A stretch of 63,376 nucleotides of DNA, the filler included, from Octopus bimaculoides (lineage: Eukaryota), in assembly GCF_001194135.2 (NCBI RefSeq). It is 5 parts of 5 records of this genome, joined end to end, with 100 filler letters (N's around TTAATTAATTAA, not from the genome) between each part and the next. Parts side by side here need not be neighbours in the genome. Positions count along the whole stretch, not along the records: positions 1 to 13,927 come from NC_068982.1; 4 more parts are not named here. One strand, written 5' to 3'. The notes under the pieces were generated by a model. That model worked only from the letters and a program-made list of their open reading frames with translations, ran no database searches and had not been told where the DNA came from. The translations under genes were made by a program, and so were the position numbers. Shown one piece after another: positions 1 through 13,070 of this stretch (positions are counted from its first letter, which is position 1; the number at the start of each line of letters is the position of its first letter).

Positions 1-58
1 CTGCGCTGGTGGGGCTATACTTAATACATAAATCCACCAGTGCGTCCTCAGGCTATGC
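1..58 (-). ncRNA. Probable hammerhead ribozyme in the PLE 3' terminal repeat, cut by the window edge
   Basis: Minus strand reads CTGAGGA (45-51), C, a long stem GCACTGGTGG...CCACCAGCGC, then AG at the window edge. The GAAA core would lie just outside. Confidence 0.6.
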
Positions 59-1884
59 ATATTATTATTATGTACGGGTAGAAGTTAAAAATTAAAAGCT
101 AAAAATTATATTAAAAATAAAAATTACAAATATATTTTAAAATATTAAATACCTAAAGTACAGTTAAGATGTATATTGAAAATGCTCTACCTAAGGAAAT
201 TATTAACGATTAAATTAGAAACATATCAAATCTTATAATATATCTAAATAGATATTATAGAAATTATATTACTTGTAATAATTTAGTGTAAAATATACCC
301 CTGTCAATACTAATATAATAAGACATATTTTATGTCAAATGTGAGTTAATAGTCTAGAATAAAGATTAATTAGTAAATACAACCACTTACGCTAGAAACT
401 TAGTGAATAAAAGAAGTAAAAAAGGTAGATTACTTTACGACATGAGGCTTAATTCTGCAAGTTCAAGAGCAAATGGCTGCTCCCGCTGTCAGACTCTAAG
501 TATTATGGGAATTGGGTATAACATAAAAGAATAAAATAAAATACTTTGAAAAATACTCTAAAAATAATAATATTATAAGAGAGGTTGAAGTCAAGGGGAG
601 ATAATAACTAGAAATGGGGCTATAATCGTAAAGCTAGCTATAAATGGAGCTTTAAGGTGTTGCACATTTTGAGATTTATGTCACACAAATGCGGCCTGTC
701 CATTCATTTAAAGGTAATATTGTTGAATACATACTTAGTTCTTAGTATATACGTATATAATACTACTATAAATACTATTAAAACATATCATCATAAGTGT
801 GTGGAGACGATATGTTGGGGGTAGGGGTTATTTTATATATTTTTCATTTTATTATACGTAAAGCTATTCCTGCGTCGGCATTTTATTCCTCTTTCTTCAT
901 TACTGTTTAATAATAAATCTCTCGACTGAAATAAGGACGTTTTGTTACCTATTTTATATGAATTCGCTCTACAAATAATATACCAATTAAGAGTGTATTC
1001 TATTTTATTAGATTTTAACTCTCATGCGTATTTACTTAGACCTGTAGAATTTTTTTTAATTTGGGATTTTTGAAAGACTGATAATGCTGGGAAATTCTTC
1101 TTTTAATTTCGTTCGCTGTGGATCCAATATATTCTTTATTATCAATATTGTTATTATTATTATTAGAGGTTACTATACATTTATAAATTACGTTATCTAG
1201 ATTGCAATTATTATTAAGTCTACATTTGGACTTGTCTTTACATGTGCATTTATTTAAAATACGGTTATGTTTATTGTTTGTAATAGTTCTGCTGTAGCTA
1301 TGGTTAATATAGTTAAATTATTATTATAAAATTTGTTTAATTTCAAATTGTTTATTGAGGACATACTATTACTTACATTCCTTGTTGTAGAATAGCCCAC
1401 TCTGATAGTTTTATTGGAGAATATTTTCGAGTATGTATTGTTCTTTTTAAAGGATGTTTTTATTATGTTCAAAATTTCTTTAACAATATTAGTTTTAATT
1501 TGGACCCCATAAGGGATAGCCATATAATTTCCTTATTATGTTTATTTTCATTGTTACCATTACTATTACCTCTACCGCAATTATTATTATTTTTCATCGT
1601 TGTCAGTGTATTCTTCGTGGGTATATAATAATTATGCTTATCATTTTATTCGAATTATTTTTTCGTATATTATAATTATCGTTATTTCCTTATATTGTTT
1701 ATTATTATCATCGCTATTACTTCTATAGTTGATTTGAGAGTTAGGATGATTAATAGTATTATTATTGGGTCCGTAATTATTAAAGATTTTAATTTTTGAA
1801 TTGTAGCCTGCTTCTTTTAATGCACTATTATAGTAAGAGGTATGTTTATTGAAAGTATCAATATCCGAGGATAACATAGAAATT

Positions 1885-2246
1885 TATAGAGATTTATAAT
1901 TAGATTGTAACCAGTGAATGTATTTTCACTGAAAATATATATATTTGTGAAGGCTTTTTTCATCCAGCTGGTCGGCTACTTCAGGCTGATGACGAGCAAT
2001 GACTCAGAAACATGTCCCTGAATGCAGACTAAAGCTGGGTGGGGAAGCTTGTCTCCCCTTCACAAATATAAGGACACAGGAAATGTGTCATGGCCAACAG
2101 GAAGCGGTCTAGCTTCCTAGGGTTAAATAGCAGCAGTATGATTCCCTTAACGGGTCTGTCACATTAAGTTGACAGTAAACAACTGCTTTATCGTAACACT
2201 GCTGCTTATATCTCTCTACGAGATTTATAATTAGATCATTTTTAGC
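1885..2246 (+). mobile_element. Retrozyme/pLTR-like HHR-containing insertion in the PLE RT
   Basis: Flanked by AGAAATT (1878-1884, 2247-2253); removing it restores GKRIS-MLSS. Internal 17-nt terminal direct repeat (1889-1905, 2220-2236) and many hairpins. Confidence 0.8.
1980..2022 (+). ncRNA. Minimal type I hammerhead ribozyme
   Basis: Stem I TTCAGG/CCTGAA; CTGATGA (1986-1992); stem II GAG-CAATGA-CTC; GAAA (2007-2010); palindromic ACATGT; GUC cleavage triplet ending at 2016. Confidence 0.85.
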
Positions 2247-3678
2247 AGAAATTCTTTTACCTATATTGTCTATTAACGCTTTTTAACTGAGATAGGATGG
2301 TTACTAAGGGCATTAATGTACTTAAGGTTCTCGTTTAACTTATGGAATGGGTGGGTTTTATTAGTTACTAAGTTTAGGTTTGCATCTAGGTAGTTAACCG
2401 CAGAATGTTCTTTCTCTATAGAGATACCTAAACCATAATTCTTAAAGAATTTGTATAAATTTTTCTTTATGTTTCCTAATGATCTATTGGTACAGTTTCT
2501 AGTTATAAGGAATAGGTCGTCCCTATATAGACCTCCCTCTATGTTAAGGTGTTCTAACTCAAGTTCAGATAATAGGTATATTCCTACTAGATCTGTTACT
2601 TGGGCAGAGTCTAGGGTACCATGGGTATATCAAAGCAATCCCTAGTGTCTTTCCTAGCCCATAGTTTATTTTTATATCTAATTAGGGATTTCTCTGCTGT
2701 TAGCACTACTTTATCTTCATCATGTCATCTTAACCCTTTTCATAGCATATATAAGGGCTTATTAAGAATAATCTCGTTATTAGATGAATAATAATTTTCT
2801 ATATCGATTTGGATGAACTTGCACCTATTTTTATCTTTGATATTTTTGAACCAATTTAAAGTATTTTGGGTTATTTAACGTATTAAGTTTATCTATATAT
2901 TTATCTAGTATAAGTTTACTGAGTTTTCCTACATACATGGGTATATCAGTCTTACTTGTGGGTTTGAATAAAAATTGTTTTTATGGTCCTTAATGGTTAT
3001 TCTAGGATGCATAGGGCCATATGGTTCTGTTCTATTTTCTAAATCATATTTCGTCATGATTTTTTTTAGATATATTGTTAATATTATTTAATTGAATTTC
3101 ACTAACTACTTTATATTTTTTCGTTATTTCTTTTTCTAGAAGGTTGTCATATAGCTGTATATCTAGTCTATATAGGTTACTTGTTTTATTGGATTGGACT
3201 ATAATTCCCTCCATGTTCTTCAGTTTATTTATTTTATTAGCTAAGTTTCTTGGGTACTCATTGTGTCTATTCGGGTATTTTTTAAATTTAATATTTTTGA
3301 CCATGTTCCATATTTTATCCTCGAAATTCTGTAAGTCCCTATTATTAGGGGGTTCCTGCTTAGATTTAAAGTTGCTTTTGAAGTAGTCGTTATCTTCTAA
3401 TTTGTTGGTATTATATTTATTGTTATTGTGGAAGTAGGCCTTCCATTTTATTCTATTTAAAAAGTTCTTAATCTGATCTATTAAGTTTACTGTATATTCT
3501 CTCCTACTGGGAATGGGAATATCCTTCAACGATGAGTTCCACCCTATTGGTTCAATCCTACCTGATAGGTACATAACCGACATGTGTCAGAAATATTAAT
3601 GGTATAGTCGATAGTATAAAAGAATATTTATGAATATTTATATGAATATTTATAATATTTATATATATATATATAATA

Positions 3679-4680
<1,002 letters not shown>

Positions 4681-5434
4681 TTGCTTATATGCCTATCATT
4701 TATGAGATCATATTTTTCTGAAATTGTTTTCCTGAAATTATTTATCATTTTTTTATTTTTTTCACCTTAAGATAAGTCAGTTCTGTCGCTGCCTGTCTAA
4801 CTGAATAATTGCATCTTGTTTTCTGAACTGTGTACTATTTAACTAGAGTTTGTTTATTAGTTTGTCTCTCATTCATTGGTCAGTTCAATGCCTGTCCTGC
4901 TGCATCTACCTATTGATAATGCAACTTACATCCCGTTTTGTCCAAATTGTCTGTCAACTTCTCGAATTGTTATTTTGTATCTGAAGTCGCGGTGAATTTG
5001 ATAGTCTGTGGGAAGGAGAGTTTATATACGATATGTCTAAACTGTCATTCTTTTCTTTGAAATAATTTCTTTGACTGTTCCATTAATGTTAGAGTTCTTC
5101 TGTCTCCTTTCTTATTTCCACAGCTGTATACCTATTAGCGATTCAGACTCGTTTTTAAAATGAACTTATTCTGGTGTCCGCAAAGTGACACATTTCATTG
5201 CTTATGTTGAACAAGTCAATATATTGAGTATGTTATATTTTCTGCATTGTGGAAACATTGACATCTATATAATACGACATTTGAAAACGATGTCGTATTA
5301 TATACAGAAAGAATGAACCTGCTTCACTATATACAAAACCAGCTCGTATACCGAAAGAAAATGATGCTCGCTTGAAGATCACAATAGCTCGAAACATGAA
5401 TTACAAGGAAACGTGTTCAATTTAAACAAACTAA

Positions 5435-5453
5435 CAGACAGACAGACATATAA

Positions 5454-5504
<51 letters not shown>

Positions 5505-5559
5505 GGCAGGCAGACAGACAGACAGACAGACAGACAGGCAGACAGACAGACAGACAGAC

Positions 5560-5614
<55 letters not shown>
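5435..5614. repeat. (CAGA)n(TAGA)n compound microsatellite
   Basis: Directly visible. Confidence 0.97.
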
Positions 5615-5615
<1 letters not shown>

Positions 5616-5619
5616 CACG

Positions 5620-5765
5620 GGTTCCGAAAACATTTCTGTCTACCAGTCTAACAAATCGTTGGTCAACCCGAGGCTAAAGTAAAAAGCTACTTACTTGAAG
5701 TGTCACCCAATGAAATCCGAATCCGAAACCATGTGAGTGCTAAGAGAAACTCTTAACCACATAGC
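5620..5765 (-). mobile_element. tRNA-derived SINE, family B, degenerate
   Basis: Reverse complement resembles the GGCTGTGTGGTTAAG...CCTCGGGTTGACCAA head seen at 11444 and 55655. Confidence 0.6.
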
Positions 5766-6354
5766 AAATCTATCGTGTATATACTGTTAATGGAGGTGGT
5801 AGTAGTGCTCCTACATTGGCTCGTATATTTATGAGTTTGTTTCATATTGCAGATGTTTCATGTCGTCTTGATTTTGTTTTTGTTTTTGTTTGTTTTTTAG
5901 TGAATTTTAATGATGTATTTTTTTAACTTTCTTCTATTGTAATTATATCTTATTTGTATTATCAATATTTCCAGTTTTAATAGGTGGTGTTTCAAAAAAA
6001 TTATTAAAACTTCAGTGTATGCATTTTCATTGTTAACTTCTTTTCCTTTGTTATATCTATTCTCCACCTTGTTCTTTGTTGTATTTATTTTCATTATACA
6101 TTCTTTCATTTATCGTCGCTATTACTAAGTCTCTTATATTTACTTATTTATATATTTCTATAAATATTTTGCTTGTTTTGGTAAGGTGTTTGTTTGTTTC
6201 TATGTTTTTCATTTTCAACTATATAACCCCTTACATTAAATAGTCTATTGGCTTCTCCGATGATTATATGTACGATATTTCGTTCAGTAATAATATCCAA
6301 TTTATTATGGAAATGGGGGTATTCCGACAGTAAAATATACGTTTCCAAAGATTC

Positions 6355-6603
6355 ATATATGTGCGGGGGGGTGTATGTGTGTATTTAGGTATATAAATGT
6401 GTCTGTATAAACATATGTATGTATGTATGTTTGTGTGTATATATATATGTATATATATATAAGCATACATATATACACACATATATATACATATATACAC
6501 ATATATATAGATATATACCCACACACATATATATATACATATATACCCACACACATATATATATACATATATATATATGCATGTATGTGTGTATATATCA
6601 TAA

Positions 6604-6642
<39 letters not shown>

Positions 6643-6735
6643 TACACACAGATGCAAATCATAAATGTGTATGCATGTATATATGTATATATATATATAA
6701 GAATATAAATATATGTGTATATTCATGTATATATN
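6355..6735. repeat. Mixed (TA)/(CA)/(TAGA) low-complexity tract
   Basis: Directly visible; ends at a gap. Confidence 0.95.
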
Positions 6736-7144
6736 NNNNNNNNNNNNNNNNNNNNNNNNNNNNNNNNNNNNNNNNNNNNNNNNNNNNNNNNNNNNNNNNN
6801 NNNNNNNNNNNNNNNNNNNNNNNNNNNNNTATATATATATATATATATGTATGTATAGTATTGTGCTTTATAATACAATATAGTGCAGTATAGCATGGTA
6901 TATTTAACATATATAGCAAAAAGTAAGCATAAAACAGATAGCTGGTTGGTATTTCAGATATTTCATTACGAAGTTTCAGTATTCGATAATCAATAATTAA
7001 TACATATCGATTACTGAAACGATCGTCATGAAATATCTGAAATGCAAAGTATTTGTTTTCTGGTTGTTCTTTTAAACTATATGCAGCTCTAATTACTACG
7101 TAATAGCTCTTATCTATATCAATGAAGCAACAAGTTGCGTCAAA

Positions 7145-7572
7145 TCTTTCTACTCTAGGAACAAGGCCGAAATTTTGGTAGGGCCAGTCGATTACACAGG
7201 CCCCAGAACGCAACTGGTACTTAATTCATTGACCCCCGAAAGGATGAAAATTAAAGTCGACCTCGGCGGAATTTGAACTCTGAACGTAAAGACAGACGAA
7301 ATAACGCTAAGCATTTCGCCTAGCGTGCTAACGTTTCTTATTTCTTTATTGCCCACAAGGGGCTAAACATAGAGGGGACAAACAAGGACAGACAAAGGGA
7401 TTAAGACGATTACATTGACCCCAGTGCGTAACTGGTACTTAATTTATCGACCCCGAAAAGATGAAAGGTAAAGTCAAACTCGGTGGAATTTGAACCCAGA
7501 ACGTAACGGCAGATGAAACACCGCTAAAACATTTCGCCCGGCGTGCTAACGTTTCTGCCAGCTCGCCGCCTT
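7145..7572 (-). mobile_element. Two tandem tRNA-derived SINEs, family A (GGCGGCGAGCTGGCAGAAACGTTAGCACG head)
   Basis: The block CCCCGAAAGGATGAAA...AAAGTCGACCTCGGCGGAATTTGAACTC occurs twice; head complement GCTCGCCGCC at 7561-7570. Confidence 0.88.
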
Positions 7573-8469
7573 AATACGTTGCATCACTGATATCATTTTA
7601 GCTTTGTAGGAATATTAATATTAGAAAATCGAGTAAATACTCTTTAGAAGTCGGAAATAGGTGGACAGCAAGCCTCCACGGGGATTCGAACCCTGCAAAG
7701 AATTTTCTGAAAAGTTGTTTTCACAGCCTCCTTGCGTTCGAGAATTCCTTTATTTTCTATAGAATACCAACACACTCGACGCTGATAGGTTTGTTTTCAA
7801 ATGTTCTCACATTCCAAAAGCTATTACTTAGCATTATCAGAAGGCGATATCTGATGTCAGGAATCTCTTAGCTTAATGGTACAGAGCGCTTATCGGGAAT
7901 TTGAGAGGTGCAGGATTCGATTCCCTGTGGAAGCTTTCTGGCATCTTTTTTTTTCCGTGTTCTAAAAGGCTTTCGATTTTCTAAGCTGTCTTCATAGCCT
8001 TCTTGCGTTCGAGAATTTCTTGATTTTTCTGTACAATACCGACGCACTCGACACTTATAAATTTGTTCCCTATATACATATATATACATATATATACTTT
8101 TATTTATGCGTGGGAAGAACTAGTCTGAACACTGACTTAAATTTTGTTCCTTTTTTCCACTTCCGAGACTGTGCACACCTCATTCTGTCTACGGAGAAAT
8201 ACGTAAACAATTATTATAATCACAACTAATATAGCAATGTAACAGCGGATTGGAGATTCTGATTTGCATAACATTAGTGCTTTATCTCGTCTGCTTCGTA
8301 CATAATTAAATTAGTTACCAGTGGAAATCTTATGCAAATCGAAATTTCTTATTCTCTAGAAATATTACAAAATATTTTTACTTATAATATACGATAATAT
8401 AAGATAAGTTCCCTTCCAGGGCTTTCATTTAACAGTAATTAGACACAAAAAGAAAATCTATTTTCAGCC

Positions 8470-8810
8470 ACACTGTAAAGAAAAAATGCATAGCACCTTA
8501 GGCGATTGTCTTCTACTATACTCCGGACCGACCAATGCCTTGTGAGCGACTTTGCCGACGGAAACTGTATGGAAGCCCGTAGAATATGTGTGTCTGTGTG
8601 TTTTCTTGTGTCAGTGTTGGTCAGTCACGACCAACGCTTGACAACCTATGCTTGTTTGTTTACGTCCACATAATTTAGCAGTTCGGCAAAAGAAACTGAA
8701 GTGAATAAGTACCAGTTGTTTAAAAAGTCATAAGTACTGATAGTGATTTGGTCGACTAAAACCCTTCAAAGTGATGCCCCAGTATCACTGCAATCCAATA
8801 ACTGAAACAA
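8470..8810 (+). mobile_element. tRNA-derived SINE, family B, with tail
   Basis: CCGACCAATGCCTTGTGAG...GACGGAAACTGTATGGAAGCCCGT followed by the AATAAGTACCAG...GACTAAAACCCTTCAA tail shared with 11444-11825. Confidence 0.8.
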
Positions 8811-9418
8811 CCAAAACGATAAAAAAGATAGCAACAAAAGTACAAACAAAATAGTACAAACAAAATAGCAAAAGAAAAAGAAAAATACCTAAAGACAGAA
8901 AACTAAAAACAAAAAAAAAACCATATCAATAATCAAAACTGGAACATGGGCATGAAACGGTTTTCTAAAGAAGGTCGCATAAATATGAATATTGAAATCT
9001 AACGAAAGAATTTATTTGCTTTCTTCTCATATGGAACCCAATATCGTTAAAAATGATGATACTGAAAAAAATTAGAAGGAAAAATAAGAAAAAGGCGTCG
9101 GCAAGGGAGAGATATTCAAGATGCCAACTACCACTGAATCGTAAACAAAATGCGTGTCTCTTTATCTATCTTTATCGACAAATTTTAGGCGTACGATCAT
9201 ATCATGTCTTCTACTGGCATGTTTTATCGTGTGAATATAAGCCATTAGAAATGCTAAGTCTCATAGTTTCGGACAATCATCCGTAGCAACCGCACATCTA
9301 TATAACATTGATGTAGCTGACTACATCCCAACGACTAGGCTTACCGTCAGAAATCTCTTTAGCTTTGATCAGTTGCTTACCTTTTTTTGTGATTCGCATT
9401 TGTACTGGTCACATATCA

Positions 9419-9428
9419 TAGATGATGA

Positions 9429-9459
<31 letters not shown>

Positions 9460-9503
9460 AACGACGACGACGATGATGACGACGATGATGACGACGACGA
9501 TGA
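9419..9503. repeat. (GAC/GAT)n trinucleotide repeat
   Basis: Directly visible. Confidence 0.95.
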
Positions 9504-9644
9504 CTACTGCTGCTATACATATAAATGTTCTTAGCAGCAGTAGTCAAAAGAAGACTAACCAACTAATTGACAAAGATTAACTCAGGAACATGCTACAAAC
9601 CTAAGTTCATAGACACGTTGTTTCTTCTCTTCGTCTCAGCCTAA

Positions 9645-9770
9645 TGGTTAGGTTGTTGAGCTCATGATCATGAGTTCGATTCCTGAACAACGCATCGTAT
9701 TCGTAGACAAGACACTTTATTTCACGTTGCTTCAATCTAATCAGCTGTAAATGAGTACCTGTTAACTTCT
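9645..9770 (+). mobile_element. tRNA-derived SINE remnant, family C
   Basis: GACACTTTATTTCACGTTGCTTCAATCTAATCAGCTGTAAATGAGT matches the central block of 38748-39142. Confidence 0.6.
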
Positions 9771-10184
9771 GGTACGGCCCTGCCTTACTTCAGATGTTAC
9801 TACCTTGATATTCTGCTAATCGACAGTGGGAGCATTGAGAGGTTGTCTATATCTGCTCAAGACTATCCAGGCACCTAAAACAATTAGTGAAAGCGTGGAA
9901 CAAGCTACTAGAACATACTCACTTGCTAGTGACGGTTAAGCAAAGCACTTCTGAACTATGATAGTAAGCTGTATATAGCCTCTGTTCAAGTTCACATAAT
10001 GTATTTATCCGATTCTCATTCGTTATTTCTGATGTGCCTCATCTCAACTAAGCACCGAACTAAAATCATTGCTCAATCATTCAGACTAAATTTCGCACAC
10101 ACCCCAAACACCAGCATTATTATTATTTTTTTCCAAGCATTAACCTACATAAGTTAACTTGTTTAGTTTGAGAGGAACTTCACG

Positions 10185-10665
10185 CATCGTAAGAACCACC
10201 TCTACTCCTACAGCTAAATAAAATTATTTTAAACTGCGAGAAAATTCTATGAATGTCGGGTAATGACTGAAAGAGTACAATCGCGAATACAAGCAGCCGA
10301 AATGGGGTTCCTCCAAAGGATCTCTGGATCAACGTTACCCGGCAGGAAGCATAGGTCAGAGATCAGGGTGTTTCTCCAGGTCGAGCCGCTACTTCTCCAC
10401 ATTGAGATCACAGATTCACTACTACAGACATGTGGTTAGAATGTCGTAGGAAAGAATCGCAAGACAGATTATTCAAGCCGAGCCAACTGGCGGGAGACCT
10501 AGGAATGGACCAAGGACAAGATAGTTGAATGCTATCCATAGTCTCTTTTGATTACGTTTGGGAATCCAACCCGAAAATCAAATGACGGTTCCTTATGAAA
10601 GGACTTTATGAAGGAGGTGCCTAATTACTCTATCCCAACGACCTTCCTATGAATAGTAGTCGCAG
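10185..10665 (+). mobile_element. RTE-like LINE 3' fragment
   Basis: Translates to VMTERVQSRIQAAEMGFLQRISG...RSEIR...VEPLLLHIE...HVVRM...GRPR, a typical RTE RT C-terminus. Confidence 0.8.
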
Positions 10666-11443
10666 AAGATGGATGGAGGGATGAGAAAACNNNNNNNNNN
10701 NNNNNNNNNNNNNNNNNNNNNNNNNNNNNNNNNNNNNNNNNNNNNNNNNNNNNNNNNNNNNNNNNNNNNNNNNNNNNNNNNNNNNNNNNNNNNNNNNNNN
10801 NNNNNNNNNNNNNNNNNNNNNNNNNNNNNNNNNNNNNNNNNNNNNNNNNNNNNNNNNNNNNNNNNNNNNNNNNNNNNNNNNNNNNNNNNNNNNNNNNNNN
10901 NNNNNNNNNNNNNNNNNNNNNNNNNNNNNNNNNNNNNNNNNNNNNNNNNNNNNNNNNNNNNNNNNNNNNNNNNNNNNNNNNNNNNNNNNNNNNNNNNNNN
11001 NNNNNNNNNNNNNNNNNNNNNNNNNNNNNNNNNNNNNNNNNNNNNNNNNNNNNNNNNNNNNNNNNNNNNNNNNNNNNNNNNNNNNNNNNNNNNNNNNNNN
11101 NNNNNNNNNNNNNNNNNNNNNGTGCGCGTGTGTTAATGTATCTGATTATTTCGTGTAGAGATCAAATCACATTTTCCTCTCGGCTTAAATCGACCATTCA
11201 TCATATGACCACTAAGAGAGCAGATAAACACATTGAAATTCATTGCTGGTGCTCATCTGGTTATTAATATCGATGAGGATTTAAAAGACGATCTAGATTC
11301 TTATTCTTATCGCTTGTAAACGTGGCTATTACATTTGCTACATACAAGCATCAAGTTAGAACTGAACTTAAATTAGGATTGTCGTAATAAATCATCAAGT
11401 TAACCTTACTTGCTATTCTGCTGGTGTCTGTTAACAAGGTTCA

Positions 11444-11589
11444 GACATGGCTGTGTGGTTAGGAAGCCCACTTTGCGACTACGGGGTTTCGGGTTCAATC
11501 ACACTGCGGGTAAAGTTCTTCTATTATAACCCTGGGCTGACCAATACCTTGTGAATGAATTTTGTAGACGGAAACAGTATGGAAGCTCG

Positions 11590-11641
<52 letters not shown>

Positions 11642-11825
11642 TAATCTCACCGCTCGGCAACCAGTGTTGGTTTGTGTACGTTCCTGTACCTTGGTAGTTC
11701 CATAAAATAAGATCCATAGAATGAGCCAGACTTCTAAAATAAGTACCGAGATAGATTTCTTTGACTAAAATTCGCCAAGATGGTACTCCAGTATGGCCAT
11801 AGTCTTATGGCTGAAACAAGTAAAA
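11444..11825 (+). mobile_element. tRNA-derived SINE, family B, with internal (TG)n
   Basis: ATGGCTGTGTGGTTAGGAAG A-box, GGGTTCAATC B-box, central block, (TG)n and conserved tail. Confidence 0.88.
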
Positions 11826-12299
11826 TATGCAAATGGCGGAGGATAAAATAGTACAATTATAACAACAAATATAAATCATAATCTACCTAATTTCAGATGA
11901 TATCAATGTAAGTCTCTAGTGTAGTCTTCTCTCTCAGTTCGCGGTCCCCCAGTAACCGATAGATACATGTCTACAATCGTGTCCTTAAGCAAGTTTCTCG
12001 TTTTCAGTTACAATAGAGTATCATTTACAATAACATCCCGGTAGTTAGTTTATGATTAATTTACAACATGATGTCTGCCAAGATAAATTATTTCATTCAT
12101 CATCACTCTCTCAACACAGTTTAAATTACCACAGCTGATTCCTCGCTTTACAGAGCGCATCCAACAAAAATATGGTTGGCATTAGTACAGATTTGAAGGC
12201 AATTTCCATGAAGCTCATCTTAACACAAGCTTCCAAGCCCTTAATTTCTTTTTACTTGTTGAGTCTGGAGGGAGGAGCAGTGCCCACAACCCTTGCTCA

Positions 12300-12800
12300 C
12301 CCACCGAAACTGGTGATGTTGATGCCGTTAATATTCTGTTTAAACTGTTGCAGATTAATACCTGCAGGAAAGATATGAGGGTGAAGATTCCAGAGAGATT
12401 ATGAGGGAAATAAGGATTGAACATAATGGTTAGAATGAGTCAAAGAGAGACGAGAAATGGTAAGATGAGTGGGTCGGTTGGAAACGACTCAGTAGTGAGG
12501 GTAAGGGATCTGCCAGACAGAGGAACAGAGACTGTTATAATAACAACAGAAAAGACAGGGAAAGGCGACAGCATATCACCATGTCCATTAGTTCTACGAA
12601 AAGGTGTTGGTCGATATAGACAACTGGACAGTAATCACAAAAGTCGGATTCCGTTCAGGAATGTCTATATTGACCGACACCCGAGTTCGAATGGGCGAAG
12701 CGTTGGGCACCTAAATCAGCAGGCGTTTTGTTCATCCCACATCACCAGTTCTGCCCGACAAAAGTGGCCCACTTGACACTGTGCATCTGTCGCTGTTTCG
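12300..12800 (-). mobile_element. CR1/L2-like LINE 3' fragment
   Basis: Minus frames give YYNSLCSS...THSNHYVQSLFPS*SLWNL.PHIFPAGINLQQFKQNIN, resembling the CR1/L2 ORF2 end (FFP..S.LWN.LP...FK). Confidence 0.6.
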
Positions 12801-12849
12801 GAAGAAGAGCGGCAAGCAGAGACCTTCAAAACATCTTACGAGTATATTT

Positions 12850-13070
12850 CATTAATATTGGCTTCAAATTTTGGCAGAAAGCCAGAAAGTTCCGGGGCGG
12901 GGGTGCAGTCGATTACATCGACCCTAGTGCTTAACTGGCACTTGTTTTATATAGACTCCGAAAGGATGAAAGGCAAAGTCAACCTCGGAGGGATTTAAAC
13001 TCAGAACGTAAAGATGGACGAAATGTCGCTAAGCATTATTTCCGGCGTACGATCCTGCCAGCTCGCCACT
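12850..13070 (-). mobile_element. tRNA-derived SINE, family A
   Basis: GAAAGGATGAAAGGCAAAGTCAACCTCGG...CCAGCTCGCC. Confidence 0.85.

Larger units (their letters stand above)
850..3583 (-). pseudogene. Disrupted PLE ORF (reverse transcriptase + GIY-YIG endonuclease)
   Basis: ORF-track pieces 3044-3583, 1641-1877 and 1254-1523 plus intervening frames. Broken by frameshifts, stops and an insertion at 1885-2246. NKEYIGSTANEIKRRISQHY lies at about 1081-1140. Confidence 0.9.
1..3660 (-). mobile_element. Penelope-like retroelement (PLE), decayed; 3' end runs off the window edge
   Basis: Minus-strand translation gives PLE motifs in the expected order: N-terminal SLKDIPIPS...FLNRIKWKAYF, RT motifs FDIPM(G)TLDSAQVTDLVG and LYRDD (plus GTCGTCCCTATA, 2516-2527), YINALSNHP, linker PYGVQIKTNI...KIFSNKTIRVGYS, a Cys-rich CKDKSKC...C motif and GIY-YIG (VIY...EYIGST). 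Confidence 0.93.
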
